A stretch of DNA of 63,963 nt, filler included, from Reticulomyxa filosa (GCA_000512085.1; 14 parts of 14 records of this genome joined end to end with filler, not necessarily neighbours in it), one strand, 5' to 3'. Positions 26,831 to 40,636 are shown, numbered from the whole stretch's first letter. Program-made: numbers and translations. Notes: a model not told the origin generated them from the sequence alone.

Positions 26831-27490
26831 TTCATTTGTTGTAGCTTCATTTGTTGTTGTTGCTATTGCTGCTATTGCTGTTGTTGCAGCCTCATTTGTT
26901 TCTGCATTTTCTACTCCTGCTTCAGCTTGTGTTTGTTCTTGTCCCTGCTGTACTGGTGGTAGTTCGGTATGTGATTCGGCTTGAATATTTACATTCGTTT
27001 CTTCTGTTGGCTTTGTTTCTGATTTTGGTTCAATTTTTTTCTCAGACTTTGCTCTTTTACGATGAGCTACTACTGTAGTATGATATAACAAAGCCAATCT
27101 CTCTACCGTAAATAGCACCAAAAACGACAATGTTGCGAATACAAATGGCCATGGATATGTCCCATCTGTGTTTTTGTTTGTTTGTTTGTTTGTTTTTTTT
27201 TTTTTTGCTACGTGGTCTCCCATACTATACTCGAATTATACGTATATGCGATTCAAACATACAAAGGCAAAAAACGAACCGCCAGCAAGAGGAGAATCAA
27301 CAAAAGAAGCGCTTCCGTCTGCCAATAGGTGGACTAATCCGGCCGATAGTAACACACCCGCCGCAAATAGTTGTGCATACTGCAGTTTTGCCCCAGAAGG
27401 CTTGAATAAACGAGGAGAAACAATACCCGTCACTCCCAGAAAATAGATGACAACTATCATCACCACTTTTAGTGTCACCAATTCTGACAT
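26831..27490 (-). CDS. ZIP (ZRT/IRT-like) zinc/iron transporter, N-terminal part
   Basis: FAAGVLLSAGLVHLLAD and YPWPFVFATLSFLVLFTVE (ZIP TM2-TM3), followed by a variable loop; truncated at the linker. Confidence 0.85.
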
Positions 27491-27836
27491 GGTAGATGTT
27501 ATTCTTTGGGAGCACTATTGCTACAGAATAAAAAAACAACAAGGGACGGTACAAAAAAACGCCAGAAAACCTTTTCTGTTGCCATTACTGGCTAAACAAG
27601 AAGAAACAAAGACAGCTCGCCATAGTTATGACCAAAAAATTCCGGATGAGCATCGAGTCCGAATAAACATTTTGAAAGAGCATGAATCCCATACAGAGAT
27701 TTAAGAGTTAATAGTGTAAACATTAAGCAAAACTAAACAGCAGTGCGTATTTTGAGCCCAGCAAAAGAGTGAGAAAAAAACAACTCACTAACTATCGTGC
27801 AGAGTGGTGCAACGAAAGCAAAACAAAAATCATAGA

Positions 27837-28820
27837 CTACGTCAAATAAAAGCCTTTGGCTTCTTGAATGGCTTGCAATAATTTTTCCCTCAAAACACTT
27901 TTGGATGGATAGGTCGGTAGTCTGTTTTTATTTTCCACAAAACGTTGGAATTAATTAGTGTTATCCCCACACACACACACACACGCACATACACATATGA
28001 TATCATAATAATATAGCAAATGCAAACTTACTTCAACATGTTGAAACAGGTAGCGCTGGAAGGTAGAGGATCTTTGGTCGGTCCTTTGCTCTTTCCAAAG
28101 ACGGACGAGAGAGCACTGCCTACATAACTTGAGGCACTGTAGCCTTCGTCCGACACAGTGACAGGTTTGATTGTAAATGGCGGTCTGTTTTGTAAAAGGT
28201 TGAATATATATTTCGTGTTTGGAAATTAGATACAAGACATGCGCATGTTGACATATGTACAAAAAGTGCGTCACTGCAAATGTTTGAATCCCATCAGTGG
28301 AGGTCTACTCGTGCTTGTTGCAAACTGGAGTACTTTTTTCTTTTCTTCGGGAGTGAACCCTTTCAAGACCTCCCAAAAATTCTTGATGACCCGATGAGAA
28401 GCATGATAAGGGGCCTCGTATACTGTGTGTCTCTGCCAATCGTCCACATCAATATCCTGGTTTACTCCGCCAATCACTATTCAATGCAAGGATATCAAGC
28501 GCACTTATAAAACAGAGAGAGAGAGAGAGAGAGACAAAGAAAAAATAAAAGACATTGGATTGTTTTTATTTGTTTGTCAATGGTCAATACATTGAGCGAA
28601 TTCGTTAATGCTGAATAATTTGACATACTTCGAGCTAAGACAGCCAATCATTCACACAAGCATTGAATGGAATGCAGAGAGTAGCAAAAAAAAAAAAAAG
28701 ACGTACCTCAAAATATTGAAAAACCCACGCAAAAAAGGAGAAGTCAGCTCTCGCAGCTGCCCTTCCAATAAGTACTCGGCCATTTTATACACGTACTGTG
28801 ATCAGTTATCCGCAGCCATT
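27837..28820 (-). CDS. HECT E3 ubiquitin ligase C-terminus (UBE3B/UBE3C-like), multi-exon, 5' truncated
   Basis: DIDVDDWQRHTVY...VIKNFWEVL...LQFATSTSRPPLMGFKHL...[37 protein letters not shown]. Confidence 0.9.
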
Positions 28821-28974
28821 TATGTCACACACACACACANNNNNNNNNNNNNNNNNNNNNNNNNNNNNNNNNNNNNNNNNNNNTTAATTAATTAANNNNN
28901 NNNNNNNNNNNNNNNNNNNNNNNNNNNNNNNNNNNNNNNTTTTTATATTTGATTTTTGTAAAAAAAAAAAATAG

Positions 28975-29649
28975 AAATTGCACGTGGGTTATCAATGAAT
29001 GGAACACTAAAAAAATTACGAATGAATATCAATCGTGTTGGTGTTAAGGGAGCTCGCGTATTGGCCAAAGTGTTGCTGAAGAATAATTGTTTGGAAGAAT
29101 TGGAGCTGTCTTACAATGAAATATTTAATGAAGGTTATTGCCATATTTATTTGTAATGCATGCCCATATACACGTATACAAACCCCTTTCTTTTCCTCTT
29201 TGTACAATTTGAACATAACAGGCGTACAATATTTGTCACAAGGATTGCAACAGAATTATGGATTGAAATGTCTTGTTTTATGGTATAATGGACTGGATGA
29301 TCAATCGGCTCACTATTTTGCAGAGGTAATTAAAGATAGAGCTTTGAAACAAGACTACTTTAAAGATCAAATGTTAGAAGCTATTGTTTTCATTTTACGG
29401 GTTAAATATTATAATAGTGACAAATTAGCAGCTGCTGTTGGGGAAATTATTTTATCATTTACACCACGATACATGGAATTTGCATTGGATATTTCACACA
29501 ATCGCCGAATTGGTCGAACAGGCATTAATGCTCTGCTGGATGTTGGTGAAAGAAATGATGCTATTTTTGTCAAAGGATTCAAAGACTATTTGGTTGTTGA
29601 CAGAAAATTGAGAAATGAAATTGCTTTGGAAAATACATCTCTTTATTAA
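28975..29649 (+). CDS. Ribonuclease-inhibitor-type leucine-rich repeat protein, C-terminal part
   Basis: LKKLRMNINRVGVKGARVLAKVL, LEELELSYNEI and LKCLVLWYNGLDDQSAHYFAEVI repeats; intron ~29134-29221. Confidence 0.8.
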
Positions 29650-30894
29650 CTAAAAGGCGTAATCTCCCCCTCTCTCTATCTTATTTTTTATTTTATTTTG
29701 TTTGTATTTTTGTTTTATTTCATTTTGTTTGTTTCGCCTCTTTTCTCCTTCTAATCTATCTTATCCATTCTTTCCCAGGTTCAAGTTCAGCATCTTATTG
29801 CTGCAATTGGCAACAACAACAAGACAAAAACATATGCTAGGATATTACACAAACATTAATTAACAGCAAAACTTTCCGATACTTCATCTTTCTTTTATTT
29901 GTAAATATACAACTTGTTATTGTTGTTGGGTGTTTTATTTTTTTGTGGCAAGTTTCAAACATTGTCCGTGACTGGTTTCATGTTTGTTTTCTTTTTTTTT
30001 CATTTGAAATTTTTTGTGGCTGTTTTTTTTTCAAATTCAAAACATTTGAGCTCGAAGAAAAGAAGTCATCATTACACTTTGTGTTAGTGATCATGTTTTA
30101 ACAATTTTTGCATTAAAAGATTTTCAATTAATTCTTTTACATTTTTCCATTATTTTTCTTTTTTTCAAAGATTTGCAAATGAATATCGACAGAACTTCAA
30201 ATTTAATATTGAAAAAAATTTCTGAATAAAAAAAATATTGTTCATGAAAAGTTAAATCAAGTTTGATAAAACGCTTTCTTTTGTACTAGATAATCCACAA
30301 AATAGAAAAAAAACTTAGTGCAAAAGAACTCTTTTTTTTTTTTTACGATAAATTTACAATTTTAAATTTTTAAATTTTTTTTCGAATAAAAATACAGTTG
30401 CATACAAAAAGTATACCATCCCAGTGTGGAGTGTCTACTGAGAGAGCTACACTAAATGTAATACGAAAGGTTTTACTTAAATTGAGAGTGGCTTTCAGTA
30501 AAACAAAGTAAACTAAATAACCAAAATGAATAACTCAATAAGTAAAAAAGAAAGACCAAAACAAGAAGTGAAGAAAGTTTGTGGAGAAGTTTAACACAAA
30601 GTGGACTCAAAAAGTTTATAAAAACTACACTTTGTAAAATTCAATGTTTTGTTAAGAATTTTGCAATAGTAAATGGAATTATATCAATTACACTTACATT
30701 AGATAGCATACCTAAATGGCAATAATATTTTTGATCAACATAGAAAAAATTTATTATAAAACTAATTTCATATTTAAAAACTACAAGATTAGTANNNNNN
30801 NNNNNNNNNNNNNNNNNNNNNNNNNNNNNNNNNNNNNNTTAATTAATTAANNNNNNNNNNNNNNNNNNNNNNNNNNNNNNNNNNNNNNNNNNNN

Positions 30895-32330
30895 AATGGA
30901 TCGCCTTGATGGACTTCAGATCTCGATATAATTGTGTTATCATTTGGTAGAAAGAGCGGTGAATGATAAGCGTAGCATCCTTCAGCGTAGTTGTATATGC
31001 TGGGTGCATTGAGTCTGATTAGTTCCAACATTTTGTGCCTCTTACACATGTTAAATGCATTCTTGAAATCGATCTTCATCACTACTCCATTGTTCGTCTT
31101 GCATGCGTGGTTTACGACGGCCTTAAAACCATGAGAATTCCATTTTTGACGTTAAACTCCGAGTTGATTCGGACCCAAGAAGCTTTTTATCAGTTCGGAG
31201 TGTCTTGATATACAAGGATGGAGCCTGCCGACCTCCGAAACAGAGAGCCTACTGCGATATGTCTTGGAGAGCCATCTGGCTTTGTGATAGCAATAAGTCT
31301 CGCACCTTATGCGATGGCACGTGTCTTCGGGCAAATGTTGCCAGTGAGAAATAGGTAAGCTACCTTGGCCCAATTGAAAGGGTGCTTGATTCGGCTTCGT
31401 AAGGAACGAGATCGATAAGATGTTGCGCGGAAAAGAGGTCAATGCGTCCAGAGGATGTCCTTCCCCAGTTTGTTTATGTATTGAGACAATTCATCAACGG
31501 TGATTTTGGGATTGGCGGTAGATGGATAATGTTTGAATGCTGTTGAAGTGGTTGATTAGATCGAGAGGAGGTGCCTCGTCTGGATGTTTGTCTTGGAGCG
31601 CCATGACTACCTCATTGGTGTACCGGATCACCTTGGATGGTTGGAGAGCTTTGAAGGCCTTGGATAACTCGCCAATTGCTTCAAATTTGATGCATCTTTT
31701 GTTTCTTGTGGCCACGTTGTTTTCCTTCGTTATAATAGCCAACGAATTTTCTGCATCGGTTGACAATTTGCTGGAATGGATCATAAAATTGTTCCAAAGC
31801 TTTGGATAATGCCGTCCATAATTTTATTCGGTTGGAGATGATTTTGGACTTGGTTCCGGCGTGTGATTTCCCTCATCTTCCCGGGTCCCATAGGATCGTC
31901 CTAATCAAGAACATCCATTTGGACCAAGCATCAATGGTGTTCTTATGCGCTATTTCGGCAAGCGCGTGACCAGTGATAGAAGCGAATAGGTTTCTGATTG
32001 TCAAGGGCGCTCTTGCTACAATTTTGGTTGGATGTATGGCTATCTATTCGAATCTGGTGGAATGACCATTCCAGTTAGATGTTGGGATTGTTTGATTCCG
32101 TTGCGTTCGAGTCAGTCTTGGCTTCCGGGGAGGCGATGGTTGTGGTCGAATCAGTTTGATATTTTCTGCGTGCATGCATTTCGCATGCATGCCAGTCAGT
32201 GACAACTTGTACTGCATTAGGTGGAGAAGTAACTCGAAGGAATTGATGTGTTGGGGTCATTGGAGAGATTTGCATTGACGTGGTTATGCATGTATGCATC
32301 AATCTTGAAGTTGGTAGTATGATCGCATAC
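30895..32330 (-). mobile_element. Degenerate non-LTR retrotransposon (RT, CRE/R2-like early-branching type), frameshifted and truncated
   Basis: KIDFKNAFN (RT domain 3), HQGDP (domain 4), FLGPNQLGV and GELSKAFKAL in three broken frames. The segment is intron-less and higher in GC than its flanks. Confidence 0.85.
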
Positions 32331-32799
32331 TGGACACGACAGTAATCTATCAAGTCCAATTTGATAAAAGCGGCGTAAATGTTGAAAATCTTCGTTTGGT
32401 TTGTAATGTAGGCTATATGGTATTTGATGTGATCATACGTAATTATAATGATCGAAAATACTTTGTTTATCATCTTTTACATCATATGGTATCAACTTAC
32501 CGCTATATCAACATCTAATGCAACAGCTTACTGTTCAATATGTAGAAAATGCTGATATTGTACAACTGAAGGTAATGATCCAACAAAATAGAAGCAAAAT
32601 TATCTAATACTTTCAATGAAATTAACAACACCAACACTAATTGTACTGATAGTTTAACAGAACTTGAAGTATCATATGATCACAACTATGATGATAAACA
32701 AAGTGTTATGTTCTTGAAACAAGTCCTAAATAATGATAACACAAGGTGATGAAATGAAGCAGAAACTTCGAATAATGACTAATGTGAAGAAATTTTTTC

Positions 32800-33450
32800 A
32801 ATAGCATTAATTTAAAAGGTTTGTCAAGTAATGAACCAAATTTATCATTAAGTATACATAATAATCATCAGTCAATATTGAACAGTTTCTAATATTTGTA
32901 TTTGTTTCAACTGATGTTTCATAAACTTCTTCAATTCATCTTTCAGCTTTTTTAATTGCACTTACAATATCAACTTTTCATTTTGTACTTGTAATTTCTT
33001 TGATTCTTCCTTTATTTTTTTAAATAATATTTATTGTCATTATTGTTGAAAAAGATGATATAAAATAACTTGAAGTGATTGCATTGTTTGCTGTAATGTT
33101 TGAAATGATTTGATCCACTAAATTAAAATGAAATTGCATGTTTGAGATTAAATGTTGTTCTAGTTCATGTTCTAAACAATTATGATTGCATCCAAATGGT
33201 TTAAACTAGCATGGAGACAATCTCAAAGGACATAAATTTTCTAAAGATCTTTTAATTCAGCTATTTTTCCATTGAAATTACAATTGACTCTTTTTGCTTG
33301 CACTTGATCGGATATTCGTTACTCTTGTTCAATTGTAATGGATATATCACTTGCAATTTGTGAATGGATCGTTGTGCTAATTTGTTTCTTGCGTATTGAC
33401 AATCTTTATTTGTTTCAATTGGACAATAATTAGAATTTTGATTGAGATAA
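32800..33450 (-). pseudogene. TRAF-type zinc finger/coiled-coil protein pseudogene
   Basis: Manual translation NLCPLRLSPC*FKPFGCNHNCLEHELEQHLISNMQFHF (TAG where Trp would be expected), preceded by CNFNGKIAELK; further stops and frameshifts. Confidence 0.6.
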
Positions 33451-34377
33451 AATAAAATTTATGATCCAGGTATTCTATTATTTGTCGAATCCTTAAAACC
33501 ATTTTTATTTATATATATAATTAATTTTTTTCTTTATCATTTGCAGAAAACCAAATTTGAACGTTCAATAATATAATTTTTGAAATACTTAAATTTTAAT
33601 TATTATAATTAGAAAAAAATGAAATTGAGTATACATAAAGTTTAATCAAAAATGAAAAACTTGTATTATGTTTAAATCATGTTCAGTATTGCAATCATTT
33701 GTAAATTGTTAAAATTGTAAAATTGAATATGTAGTAGGAAAAAGAGTTTGCTACAATTAATAAACTTTGCATTTTATTTAAGTAAATAATTGAATCTTTG
33801 CATTACTAGCTTGATATTAAGAACTTTTCTTCTTAATTTATGAATCATTAATTTCACTTTTATATAATCATACAAATTATGTAGAAAACATAATTTTAGT
33901 ATTCTACAGTTATACACTAAATATAACAATTTTTCTAAATAGTATTAAAAGAAAACACTATGTGCATATATATTATCTGAATCCTGATTTTTTTCGACAA
34001 AAAAGTGTTTTCAAGGATCTGCATACAAGTTGTTATGACGACTTATTATTTTTACAAGTAAAATTATCAATTATTTATGCACAAATACTTAGCCTAAAAA
34101 ATAGTCAAATGATATACATTTTAACATAACAATAATCTAATATTGTGCATTAAATTAAATTGTGTTCATATCAAACTGATTGAACAAATAAAAGACATAC
34201 ATAAATGAAGTATACAATATTAATCAAAGGAAAAAATCAACACTTCATTTTCTAAAATCTTTTTCAAGTATAAATATNNNNNNNNNNNNNNNNNNNNNNN
34301 NNNNNNNNNNNNNNNNNNNNNTTAATTAATTAANNNNNNNNNNNNNNNNNNNNNNNNNNNNNNNNNNNNNNNNNNNN

Positions 34378-35689
34378 TCCCTTTCCCTTTCTTCCATCGT
34401 GAACACTGTGTCTGCAGCCTGGGGCAATTGGGCATGGCGCTGGAGTGACAGTTGTTGCAACGCATATAATTCGGTCAACTGGTCTAATTCTTCTCTGGAC
34501 GATTGTTGTGTGCTGTACCAATTGGGCATGTGGTCTTCAATGTTGCAAAGATCTTCTTCGGAAATATCCTCGGCTTGTTTGCCTTCCCACGTTTTCACGA
34601 ACATGGCACCATCGTCTGGTTCGTCGCTGTCGCTCACGTGTCTTTGGACAAGTCTTTCGTTGGGTTCGTAGCGTCTTCCATCTGGATCGGACAAATGTTC
34701 GACTAAATGGTGACAAGGTCTTTCTGTGGCTTCGTCGATGACTCTAAAAATCACCGACACACGCATATATAAATATATTGTCCCCTCCTGAATCGGAATA
34801 AAAAGCCCCTTTTTTAAAAAAAAAAAAAAAAAAGTAGTAATAACGTCATATATTGATCAATTTTGAAGGAGCGATAATCCGCTTCAAAAAATTGCTGATC
34901 GGGCTGTGTAGCATACGAACGACGGGACCCAAAGCCGGCCAAAAAAAGCAGTCCTTGCCCGCAGAGTGCGCTGATGTAACTCCCATTTGGGGAATGGCAA
35001 TGTCGGTGATCGGGTTAAGTGTGGTCATCGAAAACATCTTGATGATTCGACAGTCCATCATGTCCCAGATTATCAAGCGTCCATCGTCGCCACCAGTGAC
35101 ACCGATCCGAGGATCCATTGGATGCGTGCGACACACAGTCACCGTTTTGGAATGTCTGCAAAATTGTGTGAACAATGTTTCGTCGCAAATTCGAAATACG
35201 TTCACAATACCTTTGACGCCACACGCCAAGATATGGGAATCATCCGCATTGAAATCCGCAAAAAACAGTTCATTCGTTTTTCCACTCTCTTTTTTTTTTT
35301 TTTTTTTATGTTAATTGTTAATATGAGTGCAATAGAATATAATTCTTCTTATTTCTTTTAAAAAATAACAAACTTTTCAAAATGTCCTTTCGAATGAAAA
35401 ATCGACATCTGAAAGTATGGATATATTGGAATTGGGTGGCGCTTTTGGCGCGTTGCTTGGTCACATTCCAAACACAAACACTTCCATCACTCGAAGCTGT
35501 CATCATCAACTTTCCATCCTTTGAATACTTTAGCACGCATCTCACTTCCTCACTACACGTTCCCAAAAGAATAAGAGCAAGTAAAGGGAGGGATACACAC
35601 ACACACACACGCGCACGTACGTATGTGTATACTACGATGGAGATGAATTCAAGACATTACAATTCTTGCAGACTCGGAGAGGAAGGGGA
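34378..35689 (-). CDS. BRWD/PHIP-like WD40 repeat protein, internal fragment
   Basis: YSKDGKLMMTASSDGSVCVWN; HPMDPRIGVTGGDDGRLIIWD; PDQQFFEADYRPF...DEATERPCHHL (compare PHIP PDQMFFHTDYRP...DEQTQ). One frame break at ~34990. Confidence 0.75.
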
Positions 35690-35789
35690 NNNNNNNNNNN
35701 NNNNNNNNNNNNNNNNNNNNNNNNNNNNNNNNNTTAATTAATTAANNNNNNNNNNNNNNNNNNNNNNNNNNNNNNNNNNNNNNNNNNNN

Positions 35790-36228
35790 CTAATGCTAAT
35801 GCTAATACTAATGCTACTGTTACTCCTGCTGGTACTGTCGTTCGTCCTCATCTACCCAAAGTCTCCAAGTGGAATGGCTTTTGGTTCGCCAAAAAAAAAA
35901 TGCTTTCTGATCAAGATCTTTACGATCTTTCTCTACACAAATCTGAACATGCTCTTGAAATGGGACGCTGGGCTCCTGATGATGACAACATGCGACGTCG
36001 CAAAAGTAAACATGACTGGGGGGTCACAGGGGGGCTTCGCCGAAATCCATTCCCTCTGTCAACTGACAAAAAAGATGAACGCAACAAATTTGCCGACTCC
36101 AAACTTTTAAAACAAACAGAGTCTGACAAACTTCATTTCGATCCCCTCAAACGAACACTTGTCTCTGTCTCTGTACTGAAAGTCCTTATAGTAATCCTTA
36201 AACTCTCTCATCGTCGTGTTCTCACATA
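35790..36228 (+). CDS. Hypothetical protein, fragment
   Basis: Open frame from the contig edge (NANANTNATVTP...WNGFWFAKKKMLSDQDL...) with coding-like composition; no recognisable family. Confidence 0.4.
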
Positions 36229-37585
36229 CCTTTTTTTTTTTTTTTTTTTTAACGGGATTTTTTTTTTTTACAAAAAATTGTCTTTTAGCTGTGTTTTAAA
36301 AGAACGTGTCTATTTTCTTTTTTGGAGGTCTTACTTCTCCTTGTGCCATGATTCCCCCTCCTTTCTCTCTCTCTCTCCTGTCTTTGTCTTCACACATTTG
36401 CAGTCTTTTCTATTATTAACATCTTCGCATTCCAAAAAAGCATGTCACGTGAGTTTTTCACATAGCGGTACTGATCAACAGATATTAAAACACTTCTTTT
36501 CCCTGAAATTTGATCAGTGCTATAAGCTCCGTATCTACAATCTGCTTGATAAATAACCTTAAACAGCTTTCTTTTTCCAGTTTTTGAACTCAAACACCTC
36601 AAAGAAAAATAGGGCTACTTCTATGTAAGGAAAGTTCTTTAGAATATTCCACATTGTTGTGACGAACGCAACACAATTGGAGTAATACGAAATATTTACT
36701 CTTTTAAGTCAATTCCAACTAATGGAAATATCGAATTGAAGATTTTGAAAAAATCACGTGAAGTTTTAAAAAGGAAGCCATGAAACTTCAAAACTCACTT
36801 CCACTCTTAGAGAACTTGTCTTATGATTTGTATCAAAAAAATTAACTTTTCATCACATTTTTTAAGCTTAAAGAGTAATAATTCCATATTTGTGAAAAAC
36901 TTTTAAATACTTTATTGCCTTCCAACAAGATGGTTTTTCTCAAATGCTGCTAAACGAGTAAGAGGGAATTACACTTTAGATTAATTTCCCATTAAATGAA
37001 TGAGATTTTACAAAGTGCAAAGTTACCCGCGCTTTCAATTCAAAATTTAGTGAAGGAGTATCCTTTTTGATTATTTAGTCTTTCAGTTGGCAAGAAATTT
37101 CTACCTCCTAACATTCTGTAGCTATTTTTCAAGAGAAAAATAACTTCAAAACAAACTGAACTTTTCTTTATTCGCTCCCTTTCCAAGGCTGAAGACCTTC
37201 GCAATCCAGTTACTAATGTTTTTAGCCGTGTAAAAAAAGCTCTGCAGCTCCAGCGTGAAAGGAAATTTAGGCGAAGATTTAGAGATTTAATTACACTCAA
37301 AAAAAAAAACAACCAACAAAGAACACGCGCAAGTCTTTTGAAATTATTCCGCGTAGTGTCTTTTTTTGTTTTGCAGTTTGAATTGGGGTCCTATTCGGAA
37401 TGAACTGTTGTCATCATGATACCACCACCAAAATTGGGATGAAAAGTGGGCCACAGGTATAGATGCCAGCACTAACAGGGACAAGTGACGCTACAATTAA
37501 CCGTTTATTTACAAAAAAAAATATTAAAAAAAATCATTGTCCATAAATGATAATATTGAATGTTAATACATAAAGACAAATTGAT

Positions 37586-37852
37586 TCATTGAATTTTGGC
37601 CTCAAAATACTTAACTCCACCATCGTGTCGTGGGAAATATCTCCCATATTCGCGCAAAAAGCTTCTAATTTTGCCACCTTCTCTCAAGGAATCTGCCCAC
37701 TCTTCTGGGCTAATCCCATATTTGACGCTGAAAAACTTGGTGATTGCACGATAAGTTTTGTGGTCGTTGTATCGTAAATATCGAATCACAAAGCGTGCTT
37801 GATCACGAGATGGTCTAGTTGCTGCTAGCCTCCATACATGAATTAACCCCAT
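37586..37852 (-). CDS. Small hypothetical protein (88 aa)
   Basis: Compact ORF with globular-like composition in an AT-rich background; no motif recognised. Confidence 0.35.
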   Translation of the reverse strand: MGLIHVWRLAATRPSRDQARFVIRYLRYNDHKTYRAITKFFSVKYGISPEEWADSLREGGKIRSFLREYGRYFPRHDGGVKYFEAKIQ

Positions 37853-38098
37853 TGATAAAAGATTATAGGATCAGTAAGATTTGCAACGATATATAAAAAA
37901 TTTATTACTTGGGTTTGCCCTTTGTAGATTTTTGTTTCTGAAGAAATGTATTTACTTGTTTACTAAAAACCTCTAAAAAAAGATTGAGAACAAATCAAAA
38001 CGAAACAACAACGGTTTATTAAAACGAAAGCGGATGTTGACTACATTTGTTTCACTTTAATATAAACTAGTTGTCCCTTGGGAGGGGGGAGAAAAAAA

Positions 38099-39321
38099 AT
38101 GACCACCAATTCGTTCGGCTTTCAATTATTGCCCAGTTTACCGACAAAATTTTGTGGAACACAATGTATCTCGTTTAATAACGAAATCTTGATATGTGGA
38201 GGTTGCAACACGAATCAGTGTTACTCGTATCATACAAAGAAAGACAAGTACAAGTACGTTTGCAGCTATCCTTCGAATGTGCGACTGGACGGGCATGCAG
38301 TGGTGAAATATGAGACGAAGAACAAGAGCGGAATAGCAGTGTTATCGATCGGAGGAGGCAACAAGCAAATACTGACGATGAGCTACGAAAGTGTGTGGAG
38401 CAAGACGAACGAGCACAAAAATGAATGGACCGAAGCTCCATATAAAATCGGAGGCAGTGAAACAGACACAAGAAATGTGAGGGCAATAATCGGCGGTAGG
38501 AACAAGAACTTGTTATTTGTAGTACATTATCCAAATTGCATTTTTGTATTGGATTTACAGACGTCACGACAAATTGCACAAAGTGTGTTGCCCATCAATA
38601 ATATAATTGGAGGGAGTTGTTTTGTTCAAACGAATAACGAAATGATTTTATTCAATAAGCACTGTGGACTGTCCATTCAATTCGATGAATCCAAACAACA
38701 ATTTGAGTGTCACAAAATGCCCATTTGCTCCGCGCTAAAAAATTCTTGCTACTATTTCTACATCTATGTGCAAGGCTTTATCGTTCTGCTTGGGGGATAC
38801 GACAGCGGCACCGACAAATATATGGACAAAATCTATGCTTTCTCCGTCAAAACCAAAACATGGAGTGAGTCGTCCCACAAACTACCCATCCCCGCCGCCA
38901 CCAGTTTTGCCATCGTTGTTAATGTCGGTCACACTCCATCTCTGCACATTATTGGAGGCGATGATGGAAACAAAGATATCGTACAGCACTTACGAATTTC
39001 TATCGAAAATCTTATCGGAAGAGTTTTGTTTTTTTTTTTTTTTTTACTATCACTGAGTTATATATATATATATATATATATATTTATACGTACATATGTG
39101 TACATATACGTATATATATGTATGTACATACACACATATATATGTATATATATATATATATGTATATGTGAATGTTTATGTAAGTATAGACCGAAGAAGA
39201 AATAAAAATCATTCTCCAATATTGGCTGCGAAAGAGTAAAATGAAGCGGCTTGGCTGGATCAACGAATTCAACTTCATTATCAATCGCTTTTTGCTTTTG
39301 TTTGTTCGCAAAGTAACGTAA
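38099..39321 (+). CDS. Kelch-repeat protein with C-terminal W/GWI module
   Basis: [25 protein letters not shown]...TW and LHIIGGDD Kelch blades; phase-0 intron 39023-39189; last exon [34 protein letters not shown]. Confidence 0.85.
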
Positions 39322-39854
39322 TTGTTTCATTTCCAAATTTTTTTGTTTTGTTTTCCTGATTGCATTGTCTTTGGAAACATTGTTCGTTTTGCTCTTTGGT
39401 TAATTTTATCTAGTGACTGTCTTTCGTATCTTTCAATAAAATCTTTTTTTTTGTTTGTTCTGTATTTCTTCTTCGATCCTATTTTGCTCTTATGGCAGTT
39501 GGTGATGCAATACTTTTTTCTTTACCTCTTTCATTTGCCAGTATTTACATTTGTAACACAGCTCACGTAAGAGTTTCAGAATGATGGGCTTGCTTTCATC
39601 TGTTTGATGTTTTTCTCAAATACGTTAAAAATATCTTGTCCTTGCTTGATTTTTTTGTTTTTAAATTTTTTTGCGAAATATTTCACAATTTTTATTTGAA
39701 AACTCCCCTGTATTAAACAACGCGAAGATGTTTAAAAAAATCCTAAAAAAGCGGGGAAAAAAGGGACAATAAAACAAGAACTAGTTTTGTAATATCTTGG
39801 ATTTTTTTGTTTGACTAAGACGTGACAAACTCGAAAATTCTTTCTTCTTAAGGA

Positions 39855-40406
39855 ATGAGCGATCTTGAAAGAACTCGTAAAGTGGTGGTGTTATGTACGG
39901 CAGGTTTATTTTGTAAGTTTTTGCTGACATCATTATTACAAGGTGCGAAAAGAGTTCGTGCACCAGAAGATGGATTTCAATTATTAAAAACAAGTTATTA
40001 TATACATATATATATATTTAATATATTTAACATATATACATACATATATACACATATAAAAATAGAAAAAGATGATGATAAAAGTAAAGAAAAATTATTT
40101 GATACTGAAAAAAGATGGCAAAGAATAATATTAAATGATTTAGAAAATATACCAATAGGATTATTATTACTTTGGGGTGGATTAATTATTCCATCTTCTA
40201 ATAATAATACAACACGAATTTGTTCTATTGTTTTTCTTGTTTCAAGAATATTACATTCCTTTTTTTATATTTTTCAATTAATGCCATGGAGATTTTTTGC
40301 ATGGCTTTCAGGATTGTTGTCTATTATTGCCCACTTGTTAATTTGGTTTCTGCTGTTCTTTAAGCTTTTTTTTCTTTTGTTTATTCAATTCAAACCTTGT
40401 AAGTAA
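39855..40406 (+). CDS. MAPEG family protein (microsomal GST/PGES-like)
   Basis: RAPED...RWQRIILNDLENIPIG...FLVSRILHSFFY; probable (TA)-rich in-frame intron ~39994-40065. Confidence 0.85.
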   Translation: MSDLERTRKVVVLCTAGLFCKFLLTSLLQGAKRVRAPEDGFQLLKTSYYIHIYIFNIFNIYTYIYTHIKIEKDDDKSKEKLFDTEKRWQRIILNDLENIPIGLLLLWGGLIIPSSNNNTTRICSIVFLVSRILHSFFYIFQLMPWRFFAWLSGLLSIIAHLLIWFLLFFKLFFLLFIQFKPCK

Positions 40407-40636
40407 ATTTCAAACATTTCAAATTTAGATTAAATGCGCAAAAGTAAAATAAATTAAATATCATAACAAACTGGATGAAAGGAACAGATTACAAAAAATG
40501 ATAATGCACTTGTATTATGTCCTTTTGATAAGATGATAAGAATTTGGGAATGGTAGCAAAAAATTGGCTTGCAAAGCTTCTTGTTCAAAATAAATTTTTT
40601 TAAAAAGGCAGAACAATTCATCTGCAACTGTTACAA

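Noticed and set aside
33215-33225. In-frame TAG near 33207 at a Trp-like position in the TRAF-like sequence, considered as stop-codon reassignment
   Set aside because: The region has other disruptions, and TAA, TAG and TGA all terminate intact genes here, so it is a pseudogene mutation.
39058-39180. (TA)n/(TATG)n tracts producing YIYI-type ORF tails
   Set aside because: These are intronic microsatellites read through by the ORF finder, as also at 3810-3860, 47540-47585 and 50895-50935.
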